Positions 34,241 to 39,658 of a DNA stretch of 39,658 bases are shown one piece after another. The stretch spans positions 1 to 39,658 of the forward strand of contig NIVC01001947.1 in NCBI GenBank assembly GCA_002269645.1, read 5' to 3'. This stretch comes from Macrostomum lignano. Its lineage: Eukaryota. Both the position numbers and the translations under genes were made by a program. The notes under the pieces were generated by a model. That model worked only from the letters and a program-made list of their open reading frames with translations, had not been told where the DNA came from and did not search any database. The number at the start of each line of letters is the position of its first letter. Position 1 is the first letter of the stretch.

Positions 34241-34379
34241 ATGGTTTATAAGTGTAGTGCCCTTCTACTTTAGTTGTCCATGCAATGCCACCTGTTTTAA
34301 TACTTTCTGTAAGCACTGCTACAGTGGTTTATAGATTAAATTGCAGAGGAATAAGTAAAATTTCAGCCATAGGCGGCTG

Positions 34380-37300
34380 TCACAGCTCTGTCATGCTGGT
34401 GTCGGTGGTTGTCATTCGTTGACGCCAGTGCTTCTCGCCCGTCTTCGCTAGCGACGAGCCCTTCTTGGTCTGCGACGCGGTCTCAGGGTCGGTGCCGTCG
34501 TCGTCGTTGTCTTTGTTTTTGTCCGCTGGTCCAGCCTCGACGCTCCCGTTGGCTTCGCACTGGCAGATTTGGCAGCGGCTGCCCTGAGCGTCGTTGCCCT
34601 TCTCAGTGTTTTTCTCATCGCCTGTCAGCATGAAGCTGCCTTTAAATAGCAGCGCGTAGCAGATGCCGCTGAGGCCGCCGCCACAGGACGGCCCGGCGAT
34701 GTAAACCTGAAACAATCCGTTTTTATTAAGCAAAAATGAATTTGTCAAAAGGGAGTTCGAATGCGTCAGGCATGAAATAAACCAACGATAGTGCTATATG
34801 GTTAGAAAAGCTTTCAAGGACGACTTAAGTAGAAAGACGGGAAACCTCGTTTCTTAGAAAAGTTTTGAAGGCACTTTTTCCCGAAAAAAATACACTACGG
34901 AGATAGGAAGTTTTCATTTTTTCAGCACAAAAATTGTTATTGCGTTTGATAGGAGGCAGATCCAGTGTTCATCTTTTGATATGTTGTGCCTTTTTTATTG
35001 CTCTATCGATATTTATAAACCTTTTCGTTCAGAAAATTAGGATTCTATGTTAATTTTTTATTCTACGTATATTTCCTGTATCTAAAAAATCACAAAAATG
35101 CATGACACAGCTCCAATATTTGGTTTTATGAATCTATTTTATCATCTCTGTTACAAATATTTGCTACACAGTCGGGTAAGAATGATAAAAAAGACTCATG
35201 AAGCTAAAGAGCCGAGCCGTGGCATTCTAATGTATTTCAAGCACAAGACACGCGAAAATATACGTAGGATAAAAAATTAACATAGAATCCTAATTTTCTG
35301 AACGAAAAGCTTTATAAATATCGATAGAGCAATAAAAAAGGCACAACATATCAAAAGATGAACACAGGATCTGCCTCCTATCAAACGCAATAACAATTTT
35401 TGTGCTGAAAAAATGAAAATTTCCTATCTCCGTAGTGTATTTTTTCGGGAAAAAGTGCCTTCAAAACTTTTCTAAGAAACGAGGTTTCCCGTCCTTCTAC
35501 TTAAGTCGTCCTTGAAAGCTACATGTTACTGGGGTATCGTAGAAAAAATGACTTCGAATTCGACGGAGTGACATAAGTCAGTTTAGTTTTACTACGTCTA
35601 TGGAGAAATCCGATTCTGCAAGCAACAGAAATATCGCCACAGTGAGTGAATTTCGTGAACAGACGCTCAGAATTTGACTGGTGAGATAGGTCAAGCAGTG
35701 CATATGGCAAAAAGTAAAAAGGTGACTTCAGATTCGACAAAATAAGTGAAGTGTCCCTACAGTCGGCTTGTATTTATGTCTCTTATGTCTCCCTCTCTTC
35801 CCTCTTTTCTGCCACTCTTGTTGCAATCCTTAGACATGCCTTACATAAGTTTTCAATATCGAATGCATACGGACATATACACGGATATATTAGACTAATT
35901 GACATGCTATACTTTGCGTCATAATGCCACAAACTTTATCATTTCGACTAGCGTTGATTTACTTGGGTAGCAATGTTCTTCAGTTGCGAGTTGATCTTTA
36001 AGATCCTGTACGAATAATTAAAACAGACACTTAGCTGGGAAAATGGGAAAATCTCTTTATACAAAATACACAGGGGTGATAGCATTTTCCGTGGCTATAG
36101 TATTTCTCTAAAATCAAAGCCAGGACCATTGTATATAGCCACAGTATATACAGTGGTCCTTGAATCAAAGTCGATCATGTTGAAAAAACAGCTCAGACAA
36201 AACGTATAATAGCTTCAGACGACACGATACTCTAAATGAATTAATAACAAATTGCCTGTTTTGCTATAAAATCTGGGTCTCACGTCACGACCCCACATTG
36301 GGGCGCTTTCATTAGGCCGAAATTTCACTTCGCCGAAAAGCACTCTCACTTGACCGAAACTTCACATTGCCGAAAAATCATTTTAGCAGCATCATTTCTA
36401 TGGTCGAAAGGGGATGTGAACTTTGCCACTCTGCTACCAAAGTGGAAGCACGATATGGTCACTCAGTTTTTTGTATGGAATATTTTCGACATTTCTGACT
36501 TCATTTGAGAGTGAACTCTGATTGCTTATTATTTTCATTGCATTTTCTGTCTGAGTCGGATGGACTTTTAAGTTATAGAGTGTTTGTATGTTTTTTATGG
36601 CTCCTTTGAAAGCATGCAGATTTGCCTGGATTCCGATTCGTAGAGTATGCATGGCTCTAAGATTCACTTTAATGTTACCATGTTAGTTTCGGCCTAGTGA
36701 AGTTTCGGCCTTATGAAAGAGCGTGCTAGTCATTTCGGAAAAGTGAAGTTTCGGCCAAGTGAAAGAGGCTGCTAAAATGATTTTTCAGCAATGTGAAGTT
36801 TCGGCAATGTGAAGTTTCGGCCTAGTGAATTTTCGGCCTTGTGAAAGCCCCCCCCCGCTGTCCCCCCACATTAATTTGGGAAAATTGAAGTTGTCGTCGC
36901 CAACCTCTCTGAGGGCCAACCCCCAAAAGGCACAGAGAATGTACATGCCTGACGATTAGAAATTCAAGGTCGCGGTACACCCTGTGTGAGCGTGTGCATG
37001 AGTGCGGGCCTGTGTACAGAATTAGCGCTATTGAATTCGCTTAGGAGTCAACGGAACGGGCAGGATTGCCTCACCGCTGGGTGTGGGACGATGTCGCTGA
37101 AGGCGTTGTGCCAGGGTGCCCGCAACAACCCTCGGGCAAACTTTTGTTGAAATTTTAACATACTCCACACGCTGCAGTAGTTCTTGAATGAACAGCCATG
37201 CACGTACCCAAAGCTGATCGTACCGACCGCTGGCAACGGCTGGCCCCAGCGTCCTGATTGGGTTCATGCTTGAGCCTGACAACACTGCCTGTAGTGGAAA

Positions 37301-38409
37301 GTGATTAATAAATAAACGATCGTAGAATATTTTCGTTGTACAGTTGTACTGGCTGTTTAGCTGGGAACATTACGAGTGTACTCAACGTAAAGGTCAACGC
37401 AAAGTATAGCTTTTCTGATATTATCATGAAAGAGAACTTGATGAGTGTGGTCCTAGATGAACCACCATTCACGTGGGTTGTTAAATGGCGCATGGCCCAT
37501 CTGTCTTGACCCTATGGTGCGCTGCACAAGAAACACAAGATGCCGGTTTTGAAACTTAATGAACGAGTAAACAATAAACAGGATTCAGTCCTGGTCTAGC
37601 ATATTCTCCACGATCCTTGTCCTGGAGCTGAACTTGCGCGCTCATGGCAGTGACAAATGTGAGCGTTGCTTCCATCCTTTCTTCCTGCGTCACTCATGGC
37701 TAGAAAAAACTTTCGAATAAACTATTCTGCGACTCCCTACAACCCGACAAATTCCTCAATCAATCAATTTTTGACGGTAGTTTGCTCTCGTCAATAATTT
37801 TTAGGGTTTACCAGACTAGAGAGCCGTAGTGAACCAAATGGATGCGGCGACAGACTTCGCGACCACAAAGAAATGAAATTACAGCTTTGACCCTTCTGCG
37901 TATTTTTGTTTGGACTAAATTCAATACATGAAAAAGGCAGAAAGAAGCTATTGGTAAAGTAGTAAGTACCCTTTGATCCATAATGTCCATGAAATGCTAC
38001 AGAACGATGCTCAGTGAAGCTATTTGCCATCGAGACCAATGCGCTCACCCCGGCGAAGATGCAGCAGCTGACTTGCAGTCCGGCAGCCAGCGACATGGAG
38101 CCTGTCTGGTCAAATCGCAGACGGTCTGTGCATGCTATCACCGGTAGAACCATCGCGAAGGTGAGCACCAGCTCCATGCCGAACGCTTGCGCCGGGTGCG
38201 TCAGCGTGGGATTGAACGAATTAATTCCGAATGAGGTAACGTTGTGCAGCTGGAACGGAGTCAGCAACTTCAGCAGCAGTGCGCCGGCAACGCCACCAGT
38301 GCACTGCATGGGTATGTACAGCAGAGTGCGGATCAGCGACACATTGCCTGCGGGGCGAAAATCGCGTGACAGGTCTATCTGTCTATCTATCTATCTATCT
38401 ATCTATCTG

Positions 38410-38444
<35 letters not shown>

Positions 38445-38784
38445 GTCTATCTATCCATCTATCTATATATGGCTCACCTGAGACAAAAAAGCCCAGTGTA
38501 AGCGCCGGGTTGATGTGGGCCCCGCTGATGTGTCCCAGGCTCCAAACAACGCACGCTACAATCAGGCCTGAGGTGAACCCGGCCCGCAGCACCTTGGCGT
38601 CAACCGAGAAGCATTCGCTGCCATCGGACTGATGGGGAAGTCGATGTTGGGCGCGCAGCAGAAGAACACGCAGCAGCAAGGAGCCAACGCACTCTGCTAG
38701 GCAGGCCCGCCACAGGCCGCGAGACCGCAGATCGCGACTCGAGCTGCTGACCATCCGTCTCAGGAGGCGGCTGGCAGCCGTCAT
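34380..38784 (-). CDS. Aquaporin (MIP family), 337 aa; exons 38784-38478, 38347-38049, 37288-37208, 34706-34380
   Basis: ACLAECVGS, GHISGAHINPALT (NPA1), QAFGMELVLTF, SGSSMNPIRTLGPAV (second motif NPI), WVYIAGP. GT-AG junctions in phase (307+299+81+327 = 1014 nt). Confidence 0.92.
34809..35520. mobile_element. Foldback/MITE-like element, ~712 bp, with ~267-bp terminal inverted repeats, in aquaporin intron 3
   Basis: 34809-35075 is the near-perfect reverse complement of ~35254-35520, with only a few mismatches seen and a ~180-bp spacer. Both ends read AGCT; no longer TSD found. Confidence 0.85.
36300..36863. mobile_element. MITE-like element with inverted ends and repeated TTTCGGC motifs; candidate 9-bp TSD (Mutator-like)
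   Basis: GGGCGCTTTCATTAGGCCGAAATTTCAC ... GTGAATTTTCGGCCTTGTGAAAGCCC. An internal inverted block AAAAATCATTTTAGCAGC / GCTGCTAAAATGATTTTT is present. CCCCACATT occurs at 36291-36299 and 36864-36872. Confidence 0.6.
38373..38468. repeat. (ATCT)n / (GATA)n microsatellite filling most of aquaporin intron 1
   Basis: About 24 copies within a 130-nt intron. Confidence 0.97.
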
Positions 38785-39658
38785 GCGGAAACGAAGAAGT
38801 CCGGACCGTCTCTTACGCGTACCGAGGCTGCCTGTCCGGTCCCTCTTCGAGTTAGAAGAGGCTTAATGGCGTTCCGAATGCAATCTACGGCCGAATAAAT
38901 AGCAATGCAGAAGCCTGTTCTGGGGCTTGCAGTACAGCTGCTAGCTATATGGAGAAGCGCAATGGAATACGGCTGCCTTGGCGTTTGTTTAAGTTATAAA
39001 AAACGGTGTCTCAGAGTATACTAGAATGGCAAGTTACAATCGCTACTCAGCTAATTTATTGGCAATAAAAGTGGCCAGCTTTGGTCTCTTACTGCGCTGA
39101 GATCTCCCTCTTGTTTTTCATTTTAGCTGACGACAAAAAAATGAAATCAAATTAAAGACTAGCTAACTTAATATTGTCCACCGTAGCGGCTCAGAATGCT
39201 TTACGCTCGTACTATAAATAATTTTATGGTAATGCAACAGGTTGAGACTTGTGGTCGGTTAATATAGACCCCACGACTGTTAATTGTTGAAAGGAAAAAA
39301 GGGCATTAACTTGTTGCTATATATACCTGCTATATGACCTGCTTTGGTTGCAGTAAGTTGTCTCGTTAACAGTTATTATCTGACTGAGCTATTTGTTGGC
39401 TCTTTAGCTGCATGTCATGTCAAAGCGATACCATTTTTTTGAGTTTGGAAGATACTGAAAAACTAGATCCTATTGCTGTTAGGAAAACTCCCCAGTAGAT
39501 TTACGCTCTGCTCACTGTTCTTCACTGTGCATATCACTCGCGACAGCATACAGTTGTGGCTTATCACTGACCGGGGCGAGTCAATATTGTTCGGAATTTT
39601 GCGTCAATCAATTTCGATTTTGACACCCATCAAACTTCTTAAGTCCACGCAAAGGAGA

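Overview
Eukaryotic, intron-containing animal DNA with GC-rich exons in AT-rich, minisatellite-laden introns. The overall style suggests a free-living flatworm such as Macrostomum, but that is inference only. Left to right: a near full-length LOA/I-group non-LTR retrotransposon (ORF1 plus APE-RT-RNaseH-CCHC ORF2, minus strand, broken mostly by 1-nt slips); a 3-exon N-acylated (MGC-) globin (-); an intronless SLC3A2/4F2hc-like gene (+); a 5-exon TMEM72/Flower-like gene (-); a 6-exon nicotinic acetylcholine receptor alpha subunit (-); a 3-exon secreted Ly6/three-finger gene (-); and a 4-exon aquaporin with a non-canonical filter (-). There are also about 13 tandem arrays, several MITE-like elements and a 5'-truncated LINE with a 14-bp TSD. 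The most striking unexplained signal is a recurrent TA-CGAGCG-TA / TA-CGCTCG-TA motif with shorter variants. Three internal empty-site comparisons show it is an insertion with TA duplication, consistent with excision footprints of a CGAG-ended Tc1/mariner transposon not present in the window. Other leads are the secreted three-finger gene directly upstream of the nAChR, a candidate Cys-rich antisense gene nested in an nAChR intron, and splice acceptors that could fuse globin exons in frame to LINE ORF1. All gene models were built by eye from GT-AG sites and reading phase; no database searches were run.
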